Shown in pieces: positions 17,134 to 25,194 of a DNA stretch of 32,000 nucleotides. The stretch lies in the NCBI RefSeq assembly GCF_000284115.1, contig NC_017080.1:1950001-1982000 (forward strand). The letters run 5' to 3'. The position numbers and the translations under genes are program-made. The DNA is from Phycisphaera mikurensis NBRC 102666. Its GTDB lineage: Bacteria > Planctomycetota > Phycisphaerae > Phycisphaerales > Phycisphaeraceae. How positions within the stretch are numbered: the first letter of the stretch is position 1; each line of letters opens with the position of its first letter. The notes under the pieces are model-generated. The model did no database searches. It worked only from the letters and a program-made list of their open reading frames with translations, and was not told the DNA's origin.

Positions 17134-17768
17134 GCCGCGTCTTCGCCTACACGCTTGTCGCTGATGGCAGCTCCGCTGCGATGCTCCGCCCGGTGCTGGA
17201 TTGGTTGATCTGCGATGCCTCCGGAGGTGCGGCCACCCCCAGCGGGAGCCTCTTCGATCCCAGGCGGCTCAGGCGAAGCCTCACGAAGCTGAGCGACCAT
17301 GTGGCCGCCGCGGCCGAAGACGCAGCCGGGAGCGTGCTCTTCGTGCACCGCGACGCAGAGCAGGCTGACCTCGCCACACGCGTCGAGGAGATTGAGCGAG
17401 CCGCCGCGGGGGTGAGCGGGGGTGTGGTCCCGGTCGTTCCAGTCCGCATGAGTGAGGCGTGGCTGCTCTTCGATGAGCAGGCCATCCGCACCGCCGCCGG
17501 CAACCCGGCGGGCCGGAAGCGGCTCGCGCTGCCGGCCGCGAAGAAGTGGGACGCATTGCCCGACCCCAAAGAAGCCCTTTACGGCTTGATCCGCGAGGCG
17601 TCGGAATTGAGCGGGCGCCGCCTCAAGAAGCTCAACTACGGCGAGGCTCGCGCAGAGGTAGCGCGGCTTATCGAAGATTTTTCGCCGCTGCGCAGCCTGC
17701 CCGCGTTTGAAGAGCTGCGTACGCGCGTCCAGCAGCGCCTGGCCGCGGGGGGCTATGCCGGAGCTTGA
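17130..17768 (+). CDS. DUF4276/Toprim-like protein, 212 aa, translationally coupled to the ATPase
   Basis: The start forms a GTGA overlap with the ATPase stop. Acidic motifs occur in Toprim-like order: YTLVADGSS (D12), LFVHRDAEQ (D75/E77) and RMSEAWLLFDEQ. The family assignment is from memory of the DUF4276 pattern. Confidence 0.6.
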   Translation: MSRVFAYTLVADGSSAAMLRPVLDWLICDASGGAATPSGSLFDPRRLRRSLTKLSDHVAAAAEDAAGSVLFVHRDAEQADLATRVEEIERAAAGVSGGVVPVVPVRMSEAWLLFDEQAIRTAAGNPAGRKRLALPAAKKWDALPDPKEALYGLIREASELSGRRLKKLNYGEARAEVARLIEDFSPLRSLPAFEELRTRVQQRLAAGGYAGA

Positions 17769-17910
17769 AACTGCCGGAGCTGCTTGTGGTCGCTCGCCGC
17801 TTCGCCGCGGAGGGAGGCTTCGCGCGTCCTGAGTTCACCGGCTACCCCCGCGGGCGGCTCAGGCCGATCACCCGGAACGTCCGGAGCCCGCGGCACGCGT
17901 CGTGTCGTCC

Positions 17911-17916
17911 TACGAT
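17911..17916 (+). promoter_or_regulatory. TANNNT -10-like box; candidate promoter for nuoF downstream of the insertion
   Basis: TACGAT lies 32 nt upstream of the ATG at 17949, within a 180-bp non-coding gap. Confidence 0.3.
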
Positions 17917-17948
17917 TCAGCCGCATTCCTCCTCCGCCAGAGACCTTG

Positions 17949-19304
17949 ATGACCCCCGTTCTTTTCCGACGCGTCCCGACCCCGCCCGAAGGCAGCTTCC
18001 ACGACCGGAAGTACGTCGGGTACGACGACTACGTGGCAAGCGAGGGCTACGAGGGGCTGCAGGCCGGCATCGACGCCGGCCACGAGGAGGTGGTGAACAT
18101 CGTCAAGGCGGCGGAGCTGCGCGGCCGCGGGGGGGCGGGGTTCCCGGCGGGCGTGAAGTGGGGCTTCCTGCCGCCGCTGGACGACGGCCCGCGCTACCTG
18201 TGCATCAACGCCGACGAGAGCGAGCCGGCGACGTTCAAGGATCAGGTGCTGATCCAGTTCGACCCGCACTCGGTCATCGAGGGCATCGCGCTGTGCATGC
18301 TGGCCTGCCAGCTGGACACCGCGTACTTCTACATCCGCGGCGAGTACCACCACCAGCGCGAGGTCTTCGAGCGGGCGATCGCCGAGGCCTACGCCAACGG
18401 CGTGCTCGGCGAGAACGCCCGGACGGGCAAGATCAACGGCCGGTGGCCGAACCTCTACCTGCACCGCGGGGCGGGGGCGTACATCTGCGGCGAGGAGACG
18501 GGGCTTATCGAGAGCTTGGAGGGCAAGCGGGGCTGGCCGCGGATCAAGCCGCCGTTCCCCGCCGTGCAGGGCGCCTTCGCCCGGCCGACGGTCATCAACA
18601 ACGTCGAGACGCTCGCCAATGTGCCCTTCATCCTGAAGCACGGCGCCGACGCCTGGAAGGCCAACGGCAAGGGCCGGCCGGAGGGGGCGCCGCCGCAGGT
18701 GCCGGCCAGCTACGGGACCAAGCTGATGGGCCTTTCGGGAGCGATTTCACGGCCGGGCGTGTACGAGCACGAGCTGGGGATCAAGCTCACGGACCTCATC
18801 GAGACGTCCGGGCAGGGCGCGCTTGCCGGCGAGGGCAACGCGATCAAGGGCTACTTCCACGGCGGCATCTCCATGGGCGTGATCAGCCAGGAGGAGGCGG
18901 AGGCCGGGGTCGAGATGGACTTCGACATCGGCAAGAAGTGGAACAACCTGGGCCTGGGAACCGCCTGCGTGACGGTGATCCCCGAGCGGACCTCCATGGT
19001 CGCCATGGCCCGCAACTGCGCCCGCTTCTACGCCCACGAGAGCTGCGGGCAGTGCACCCAGTGCCGCGAGGGGTCGCGCTGGCTCAACAAGATGCTCGAC
19101 CGCATGGTCGCCGGCGACGGGACGACCAAGGACCTGGACCTGCTGCTGGAGCTGGCCTCCTCGATGGGCTCGATGCCCGGCAACAACATCTGCGGCCTCA
19201 GCGACGGGGCGAACTGGGCGATCCGCACGATCGTCAACAAGTTCTGGGACGAGTTCGAGGCGATCGTGAGCAAGCCCTCCCGCGTCTCGCTCGCCGTCGT
19301 TTGA
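17949..19304 (+). CDS. nuoF: NADH-quinone oxidoreductase subunit F
   Basis: LRGRGGAGFPAGVKWGF, NADESEPATFKD, GAGAYICGEETGLIESLEG and ESCGQCTQCREG are present. The upstream part of ORF 17784-19304 is not NuoF-like. Confidence 0.95.
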   Translation: MTPVLFRRVPTPPEGSFHDRKYVGYDDYVASEGYEGLQAGIDAGHEEVVNIVKAAELRGRGGAGFPAGVKWGFLPPLDDGPRYLCINADESEPATFKDQVLIQFDPHSVIEGIALCMLACQLDTAYFYIRGEYHHQREVFERAIAEAYANGVLGENARTGKINGRWPNLYLHRGAGAYICGEETGLIESLEGKRGWPRIKPPFPAVQGAFARPTVINNVETLANVPFILKHGADAWKANGKGRPEGAPPQVPASYGTKLMGLSGAISRPGVYEHELGIKLTDLIETSGQGALAGEGNAIKGYFHGGISMGVISQEEAEAGVEMDFDIGKKWNNLGLGTACVTVIPERTSMVAMARNCARFYAHESCGQCTQCREGSRWLNKMLDRMVAGDGTTKDLDLLLELASSMGSMPGNNICGLSDGANWAIRTIVNKFWDEFEAIVSKPSRVSLAVV

Positions 19305-19387
19305 GTGCAGCGTGCTGGGCCTCCGCCGCTCGCGGGTCGGGGCGGGAACGAGGCTCGCGTGGCGTGTCGGGTACGCCGCGAAAGCCT

Positions 19388-19393
19388 TAGCAT
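19388..19393 (+). promoter_or_regulatory. TANNNT box next to the start codon (leaderless-type) for yqgE/algH
   Basis: TAGCAT, 6 nt spacer, then ATG at 19400. Confidence 0.4.
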
Positions 19394-19399
19394 CCGCGC

Positions 19400-19984
19400 A
19401 TGGCCGACCTGGTGGGCAAATTGTTGCTGGCGGCGCCCTCGCTGGAGGAGGCGGCGTTCCACAGGGCGGTCGTTCTCGTGATCGAGCACGGGCCGGCGGG
19501 GGCCATGGGGCTGGTCCTCAACAAGCCGACGCCGCTGAAGCTGGCCGACGTGCTCGCCAAAACCGAGACCGAGGCCGGCGACGACGCGGGCTTCGAGGCG
19601 GACGAAGCGGTGCTGCTCCACCAGGGCGGCCCCTGCCCCGGCCCGCTGTTCGTGCTGCACGCCGACGGGTGCCTGGGCGATCGCGAGCCGGTCCCGGGCC
19701 TGTTCCTCAGCAACGACGGGGACGTGATCCGGCTGCTGGTGCGGGAGCCGCCGGCGGCACCGCTGCCCTGGCGGGCGGTCGGTGGCTACGCCGGCTGGGG
19801 CCCGGGCCAGCTCGAGGGAGAGCTGGGGGAGGGCTCGTGGCGGATCGCCGAGGCCCCGGTGGACGTCCTGCTGAACCTCGACGGCGACGCCGGCTGGTTG
19901 GACCTCACCCGCTCCGCGGCACGCGAGGCCGTCTACGAGGATCTACCCGATGCCGCCGTGCCGCGGGACCCTCGCAACAACTAG
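19400..19984 (+). CDS. YqgE/AlgH family protein (UPF0301)
   Basis: LLLAAPSLEEAAFHRAVVLVIEHGPAGAMGLVLNKP matches the YqgE N-terminal signature. GYAGWGPGQLEGEL is also present. Confidence 0.85.
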   Translation: MADLVGKLLLAAPSLEEAAFHRAVVLVIEHGPAGAMGLVLNKPTPLKLADVLAKTETEAGDDAGFEADEAVLLHQGGPCPGPLFVLHADGCLGDREPVPGLFLSNDGDVIRLLVREPPAAPLPWRAVGGYAGWGPGQLEGELGEGSWRIAEAPVDVLLNLDGDAGWLDLTRSAAREAVYEDLPDAAVPRDPRNN

Positions 19985-20113
19985 CTCCACCCCTGGACCG
20001 CGGTTCGCCGGTGCGGAGGCACGCGGCGCAAGCCCATCGCCACCGGCGCCGCGGATTGCGAGCCGGTGGGGGCGGAAAAGCCGACGGTCCGCGGATGCCC
20101 CGGGCAACCCATC

Positions 20114-20431
20114 ATGGAAGAGACTTCAGACGACCGGTACGACCTCCAGGACCGCTACCTCGAGCTCACGCGGCGGGAGCTGCCGGCCGCGGCGGTCGCG
20201 GCGGGCGATTGGCCGGTCCGCTTCGACCACTGCTTCATGCGGATCGTGCTCGACCACGTCTTCGGCGGCTGCTGGTACGACCACCTCAACCGCCGGCAGC
20301 GGGCGTACAAGCAGCTCGACGAGGCCCAGCTCGCCGCGGCGGTTGGGCACGGCGAGAAGATGCTCTCGGGCGGGCGGGCGGTGGTGGAGGCGATGAACCG
20401 CGAGAGCCTCGCCTGGCGGGGGAAGCGTTGA
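20114..20431 (+). CDS. Conserved-looking hypothetical protein (105 aa)
   Basis: The composition looks like a real protein (WPVRFDHCFMRIVLDHVFGGCWYDHL). I cannot name the family. The alternative start is at 20066. Confidence 0.5.
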   Translation: MEETSDDRYDLQDRYLELTRRELPAAAVAAGDWPVRFDHCFMRIVLDHVFGGCWYDHLNRRQRAYKQLDEAQLAAAVGHGEKMLSGGRAVVEAMNRESLAWRGKR

Positions 20432-20447
20432 CGCGCTAGAACACGGC

Positions 20448-20852
20448 ATGCCCAGCCGTCTGCCGACCCTCCTTCTCGTGCCGCTGCTCGCCGGCGGCTG
20501 CTACCCCGTCCGGAACCCGGGGCCGGCGGACCCCCGCGCCAGCACGGCGCTGCCCGGCACGCTGCCGGATCCGGTGCGCGACCCGGCGGACGATCCCGAC
20601 ACCGTCTCGCCGGTGGAGCCGCAGGACGCGCCGGGCGACGCGGGCGCGATCGATCCCGGGAGCCTCGGCGTCGCGCCGGCGCGGCCGGTGCGCATCGGCC
20701 CGACGCCGCAGGAGCTCTCGGCCCGCCGGGCCGCCCGCGACACGCCGAGCAACGCCGCGGTGCTCGACCGGTGGCCGGCCAAGCAGCGGGCGGAGCTGGA
20801 CGCGCGGCGTGCGGCGCAGGAGAGCGGGCGGCTCCGGCCGGCCGCCCGCTGA
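20448..20852 (+). CDS. Putative lipoprotein
   Basis: It has a signal peptide with a lipobox-like LLAGGC motif (MPSRLPTLLLVPLLAGGCYP). The mature part is low-complexity and P/A/D-rich. Confidence 0.5.
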   Translation: MPSRLPTLLLVPLLAGGCYPVRNPGPADPRASTALPGTLPDPVRDPADDPDTVSPVEPQDAPGDAGAIDPGSLGVAPARPVRIGPTPQELSARRAARDTPSNAAVLDRWPAKQRAELDARRAAQESGRLRPAAR

Positions 20853-20988
20853 AGCCGGCACGCGAATCCTTGGCGCAGCGTGCGCCCTTTCCGGATTGCC
20901 TCCGCCCTGCAGGGGCGGGGCGGCTTCGCCTCCTCGCGGAGGACACGCCCGCGCACGCAGGCCGATCAAGCATCGCCGCACGATGCTC

Positions 20989-20994
20989 TAGGCT
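20989..20994 (+). promoter_or_regulatory. TANNNT box next to the start codon (leaderless-type) for the Cys-rich membrane protein
   Basis: TAGGCT, 6 nt spacer, then ATG at 21001. Confidence 0.4.
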
Positions 20995-21000
20995 CCGCCG

Positions 21001-21897
21001 ATGCTGCTCGCTGCGCTCTTTGTCGTGCTGTTTTCGCTGGTTTTCTGCCTGCTCGTCGCGGGGCTGCTTCACCTGCTCCCGCGGGTGGGCGGCGAGGCCT
21101 GGTCGAGGTGGCTGTCGGAGGCGCCGGGTCTGGACGTCGCCGTCTTCGCGCTCACGGTGCTCCCGCAGCTGGTCGGCCTGGCCGCCGGCGTCGCCCGCGA
21201 CGCCGGCTTTCTCGGGACGATTCTCCTGATCCTCGCGGCGGTGGTCGGGCAGGGCCTGGCGCTGTTCGCGTGGATGCGGCTGCACGAGTTGGCGCACAAG
21301 GAGGCGATGAGAGGGCCGCGTCTGAAGCGCTCGATGAACCGGGCGGTGGGTCCGGTGGCCAACGGCTTCGCGGTGTGGTGGACGGCGCTGGCGGTGCCGG
21401 TCTTCGCGATCGTCCGCCTCGCGGAGATCGTGGTCTACCCGCCGCTGGTGAAGATCATCCACCTGCCGGCGTACGACACCAAGGGCTACATCAACGTGAG
21501 CCGCCAGAAGCACGAGCACCTCGTCGGCGCCGACCGCATCTGGTGCCTGTACTGCGACTGGATGACCGGCGTGTGGAGCCTGGGCACCGAGATCCTGCGG
21601 AACATCGAGAGTTTCTGGTGCCCGCTGCGTTACGGCAACGCCGCGAAGTGCGAAAACTGCGTGCAGGAGTTCCCCGACATCGACGGCGGCTGGGCTCCGG
21701 CGGACAGCGGCATGGCCGGCGCCGTCGCCGCCGCCGAGAAGCACTACCCCGGGCCGCCCGACGAGAACGGCAAGCCCTTCAACAGCTGGTTCGGGCACCC
21801 GAAGCGCCAAGCGCTGGCGCAGCTGACCGTGGGCGGCGCGGAAGTCGCGGGCCTGGAGGATGCCGCGGCGACGCCCCGCGGTGGCGGCGGAGCCTGA
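21001..21897 (+). CDS. Polytopic membrane protein with a C-terminal Cys-rich module
   Basis: Four or so hydrophobic helices are followed by WCLYCDWMTGVWSLGTEILRNIESFWCPLRYGNAAKCENC. I recognise no family. Confidence 0.6.
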   Translation: MLLAALFVVLFSLVFCLLVAGLLHLLPRVGGEAWSRWLSEAPGLDVAVFALTVLPQLVGLAAGVARDAGFLGTILLILAAVVGQGLALFAWMRLHELAHKEAMRGPRLKRSMNRAVGPVANGFAVWWTALAVPVFAIVRLAEIVVYPPLVKIIHLPAYDTKGYINVSRQKHEHLVGADRIWCLYCDWMTGVWSLGTEILRNIESFWCPLRYGNAAKCENCVQEFPDIDGGWAPADSGMAGAVAAAEKHYPGPPDENGKPFNSWFGHPKRQALAQLTVGGAEVAGLEDAAATPRGGGGA

Positions 21898-22011
21898 GCG
21901 CGGGCGAGCACACGGGCGGGTGGAGGCGCCGCCACGCGGCGGGCGCACAACGGCACCGCGGGCCCGGGGCCACGCGGTGCGCGTCGGAGGGATCGGTCGG
22001 GACGCCGGGGC

Positions 22012-22911
22012 TCAGGCGGACCGCTTGCGCCGGGCGGCGAGGCCCCCGAGCAGGGCCAGGCCCGCGGCGGCGGCGCCGGGGGTCGGGATCACGGCTGCAT
22101 TGCCGGGCGCGACCGCGATGCCGGCGATCGTCGTGCCGGAGCTGCCGATGGTGCCCAGCGAGGTGGCGAGGCCGGTGCCCAGGTCGACGGAGAACAGCGT
22201 GGAGTCGGTCTCGCCGCGGACGATGCCGGCGAGGTAGGCGGTGCCCGTGGCGCCGCTGACGTCGAACTCGCCGATGTCGACGATGTCGACGCCGAGCTCG
22301 CCGACGGTGCCCAGCGTGCCGGCGTTGTTGGCCTGCGTCGCGAGGATGTCCAGGGCGGAGTCGATCACGTAGAGCTGCGTGCTGTCCGCGTTGGCGACGC
22401 TGTTGGTGTAGGCGGCGCCGATGACCACGGTGCTGGCGCCCTCGTTGGCGTCCCCGCTGCCGTAGAACAGCGGCGTGGTGTCGGCGATGTTGGCGTCGCC
22501 GCTGTCCGGGTCGGCCACGAAGTTGGTGCCGACGTCGGAGTTGATCCGGATCTTGTCGATCACCGGGTTGAAGTCGAAGCCGTAGAAGGTGCCGGCGGGC
22601 GCGTCGCTGAAGCCCGAGCCGACCAGCGTGGCGGCGCCGGTGCCCGCGTCGAGCGTGTACAGCCGGTCGTTGCTGCTGAATCCGAACAGCTGCCCCGTCG
22701 CGGGGCGGTAGTCGATCCCGAGCAGCTCGCCGCCGCTCTCCAGGCCGGTGACGGAGACGCGGTTGCTCGTGTTCGAGGGCGAGGCGCTGTCGAAGCTGAA
22801 GAGCTGCTGCGAGGTGCCGACGTCCTCGAGGACGAGCACGGTCTCGGCCGAAGCGGAGAACGCGCCGGCGGCGGTCGAGGCGGCGATGAGGGCGGTCAGG
22901 GAGCGGGTCAT
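22012..22911 (-). CDS. DUF4394 domain protein with a PEP-CTERM-like sorting tail
   Basis: It has a signal peptide (MTRSLTALIAASTAAGAFSASA). DUF4394-like motifs are LLGIDYRPATGQLFG, LYTLD and FGFDFNPVIDKIRI. The C-terminus is IPTPGAAAAGLALLGGLAARRKRSA. GGAGAA lies about 9 nt upstream of the ATG. Confidence 0.8.
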   Translation of the reverse strand: MTRSLTALIAASTAAGAFSASAETVLVLEDVGTSQQLFSFDSASPSNTSNRVSVTGLESGGELLGIDYRPATGQLFGFSSNDRLYTLDAGTGAATLVGSGFSDAPAGTFYGFDFNPVIDKIRINSDVGTNFVADPDSGDANIADTTPLFYGSGDANEGASTVVIGAAYTNSVANADSTQLYVIDSALDILATQANNAGTLGTVGELGVDIVDIGEFDVSGATGTAYLAGIVRGETDSTLFSVDLGTGLATSLGTIGSSGTTIAGIAVAPGNAAVIPTPGAAAAGLALLGGLAARRKRSA

Positions 22912-23131
22912 GGCGGGTTTTCTCCGGGCGGGGTGCGGGACCGCGACGCCGCGGCCCACGCAGAAGGGTCTACGCGGAACCTAGACACGCGGATGGCGCC
23001 TTTCCAGCCGGTCGGGAGATCGGCGTGCGCAGCTCCCGAGGCCGGCCGATGGATCGTCCGCCCGGCCCCGGCCGGTCGGCCGGGAGGCGGGGCGGACGCG
23101 GAACCCGGACGCGTCGCCGATCGGCCGACGC

Positions 23132-25000
23132 TCAGCGGCTCGGGAGGTTGACCACCGTCGGGTCCGCGAGCGTCCCGCGGATGCGAGAGGCCTCGCGGGC
23201 GAGCCGCATCCGCTCGGCGAACTCCTCGATCAGGAACCAGTCGCGCCACGTCTTGATGCCCGCCGCCCGCGCGGTCGCGGGGTCGAGCACGCGGCCGCCG
23301 GGCAGAACGTCGCGGCGTCCGGTGTCGAAGGCGCGGCGGTACGCCCGCTCCAGCTGGCCGCGGTCGATCTGGCCGTCCGCGGTGGGCTCGTCCCCGCGGG
23401 CGGCGGACTCCAACGCCATACTCACCTCCACGCGGACCAGGTCGCGGAGGCCCCCGGCGTCGCCGATGGCCGTGCCGCTCAGCGCCGTCTCCACGGCCGA
23501 GGCGAGCACGCGCTCGTCGATTGCGACCGCCGTCGCCGGCTGACCGGTGACCGCGGCCGCCTTCTGCGGCTCGGGGAGGGCGGCCACGATCGAGCGGGCG
23601 AGCTCGTCGGCGTCGTAGGCCGGCGCCGCCGCGCGGTCGCGGAGGCGGGCGAGCTCGACCTGCACGCCCTCGGTCGCGGCCCGCTGCTCGGCGAGGCCGG
23701 CGAGCACCTGGGCGAGCAGCGGATCGGGCGCGACCGGGCGGCCCGCCGCGACGGCCTCGAGCTGGCCGCGGAGCGCGGCGGCGTCCGGCCGCTCCTTCAG
23801 ATCGGCCGCGATGGACGCCAACGCCGACTGCAGCGCCTCGAAGCGCGGGTCGTCCGCGTCGCCGCCGGGCGGTTGCTCGAGCACCTCGACGATGGAGGCG
23901 AGGCGGGCGTCGAGCGCGGCGGCGTCGGGCAGGCGATCGATCTTGGCCTCCACCCGGGCCATCCGGCTGTTGAAGTCGTCGGCGCCGGGCAGGGTCGTGC
24001 GGAGCTCCTCGACGGCCGCGAGGACGTCGTCGCGGGAGGCCGCGCTCGCCGTCTCCACCGACGCCGCGAGCGCCTCCACCGCGGGGGTCATTGCTTCGGG
24101 CAGGGCCGCGACGATCTCCCGCACCGCCGCGACCTGCTCGGCCACCGCTTCGCCGCCGCGTTCCGCACGCTCGGCCGCGGCGGCGAGACGCTCGGCGGCC
24201 TCGGGCGTCAGCGGCTGCACGGTGTCGCGGAGCCGCCGGGCCGTGGCGTCGGCCAGCGCGGCCGCCGCGTCGCGGTCCCGCTCGCCGAGCCCGGCGGCGA
24301 GGCCGGCGAGCTCTCCGGCGCCCGTGTCGACCGATGCCCGCAGCGCCGTGAGCGCCTCGGCCGTCTCCGCCTGCGCGGGCGCGAGCGCGGCCACCGCCGC
24401 CTCGCCGCGCCGTCGCTCCTCCTCCAGCCGCTTGAGCAGCCGCTGCTCGAAGGCCTCGGCGCGGTCGCTCGCCTCCGCCTCGGCGGCCGCCCGCGCCGCC
24501 TCGGCCACGCGTACCTCCTGGGCGAGCCGCGTCGCCTGGTGCTGGTTCAGCAGGCCCAGGCCGACGAGCACGACGGCCGCCGCCGAGCCGGTGCCGAGGA
24601 TCCAGGCCCCGGTCCCGCGGGTGGCGCCCCCGGCGAGCGGGGCACGCCGGGGCTCGGCCGGCGGCGTCGCCGCGGCGTGCGGGCCCAGCGTCGGCGCCTC
24701 CATCCGCGAGAGCGTCAGCACCGTCTTGCCGACCTGCAGGAAGTCGCCCTCACGCAGCGGCTCGGTCTCCTCGAGCGGCTTGTGGTTCCGAAGCGTGCCG
24801 GTGGTGGAGCCGAGGTCCTCCACGTACCACCTGCCACCCTCGCGGAAGAGGCCGGCGTGGCGCCGCGAGGCCCGCCGGTCGGAGAGCCGGAAGGGGTCGC
24901 CCTCGCGGCCGAGCACCATCGGCTGCTCACGCGTGGCCGCCGGATCCAGCGGGTGCGCCTGCCCCTTGTCCGGCCCGGCGATCGCGATCAGCATCCACAT
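23132..25000 (-). CDS. FHA-domain protein with a TM helix and a long Ala/Glu-rich coiled region
   Basis: The FHA domain reads VLGREGDPFRLSDRRASRRHAGLF...WYVEDLGSTTGTLRN. The TM helix is GAWILGTGSAAAVVLVGLGLL. About 450 aa of A/E/R-rich helix follow. Confidence 0.8.
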   Translation of the reverse strand: MWMLIAIAGPDKGQAHPLDPAATREQPMVLGREGDPFRLSDRRASRRHAGLFREGGRWYVEDLGSTTGTLRNHKPLEETEPLREGDFLQVGKTVLTLSRMEAPTLGPHAAATPPAEPRRAPLAGGATRGTGAWILGTGSAAAVVLVGLGLLNQHQATRLAQEVRVAEAARAAAEAEASDRAEAFEQRLLKRLEEERRRGEAAVAALAPAQAETAEALTALRASVDTGAGELAGLAAGLGERDRDAAAALADATARRLRDTVQPLTPEAAERLAAAAERAERGGEAVAEQVAAVREIVAALPEAMTPAVEALAASVETASAASRDDVLAAVEELRTTLPGADDFNSRMARVEAKIDRLPDAAALDARLASIVEVLEQPPGGDADDPRFEALQSALASIAADLKERPDAAALRGQLEAVAAGRPVAPDPLLAQVLAGLAEQRAATEGVQVELARLRDRAAAPAYDADELARSIVAALPEPQKAAAVTGQPATAVAIDERVLASAVETALSGTAIGDAGGLRDLVRVEVSMALESAARGDEPTADGQIDRGQLERAYRRAFDTGRRDVLPGGRVLDPATARAAGIKTWRDWFLIEEFAERMRLAREASRIRGTLADPTVVNLPSR

Positions 25001-25006
25001 GCCCGC

Positions 25007-25012
25007 ACCCTA
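25007..25012 (-). promoter_or_regulatory. TANNNT box next to the start codon (leaderless-type) for the FHA gene
   Basis: The minus strand reads TAGGGT, 6 nt spacer, then ATG (start at 25000). Confidence 0.4.
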
Positions 25013-25194
25013 CCGCCTTCTCCCGCTGTTCGGCGTGGCTTCGTTGCCGCCGGGCTCGCTCCGCCGCCTCGTCGGCGCCCCGGGAGCCGGCGGTGCGAGA
25101 GCCCCCGGCCGGGAGGCTCCCGGGCCGCCGGATCCCGGGGCGAGGCGGCCTCCCGCGGCGCGCCGATCCGCCGGGCCGTACCGTCGCGACGCCG

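Noticed and set aside
15606-17940. A shared 8-mer ATTCCTCC on both sides of the ATPase/DUF4276-like pair (about 15610 and about 17927), considered as a target-site duplication.
   Set aside because: It is too short and does not sit at symmetric distances from the genes. No terminal inverted repeats, integrase or tRNA are nearby, so the insertion boundaries remain undefined.
22912-22959. The upstream start (22959) of the DUF4394 ORF.
   Set aside because: The ATG at 22911 gives a proper signal peptide (MTRSLTALIAAS...) and has a GGAGAA motif upstream. The 16 extra residues are basic and would spoil the signal peptide.
22990-23131. Several GCCGAT/ATCGGC motifs and a 10-bp palindrome GCCGATCGGC upstream of the DUF4394 gene, considered as sigma-28 sites.
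   Set aside because: The matches to GCCGATAA are at best 6 of 8, with no TAAA element at the right spacing. The gene is not flagellar, and such GC-rich palindromes are common in this composition.
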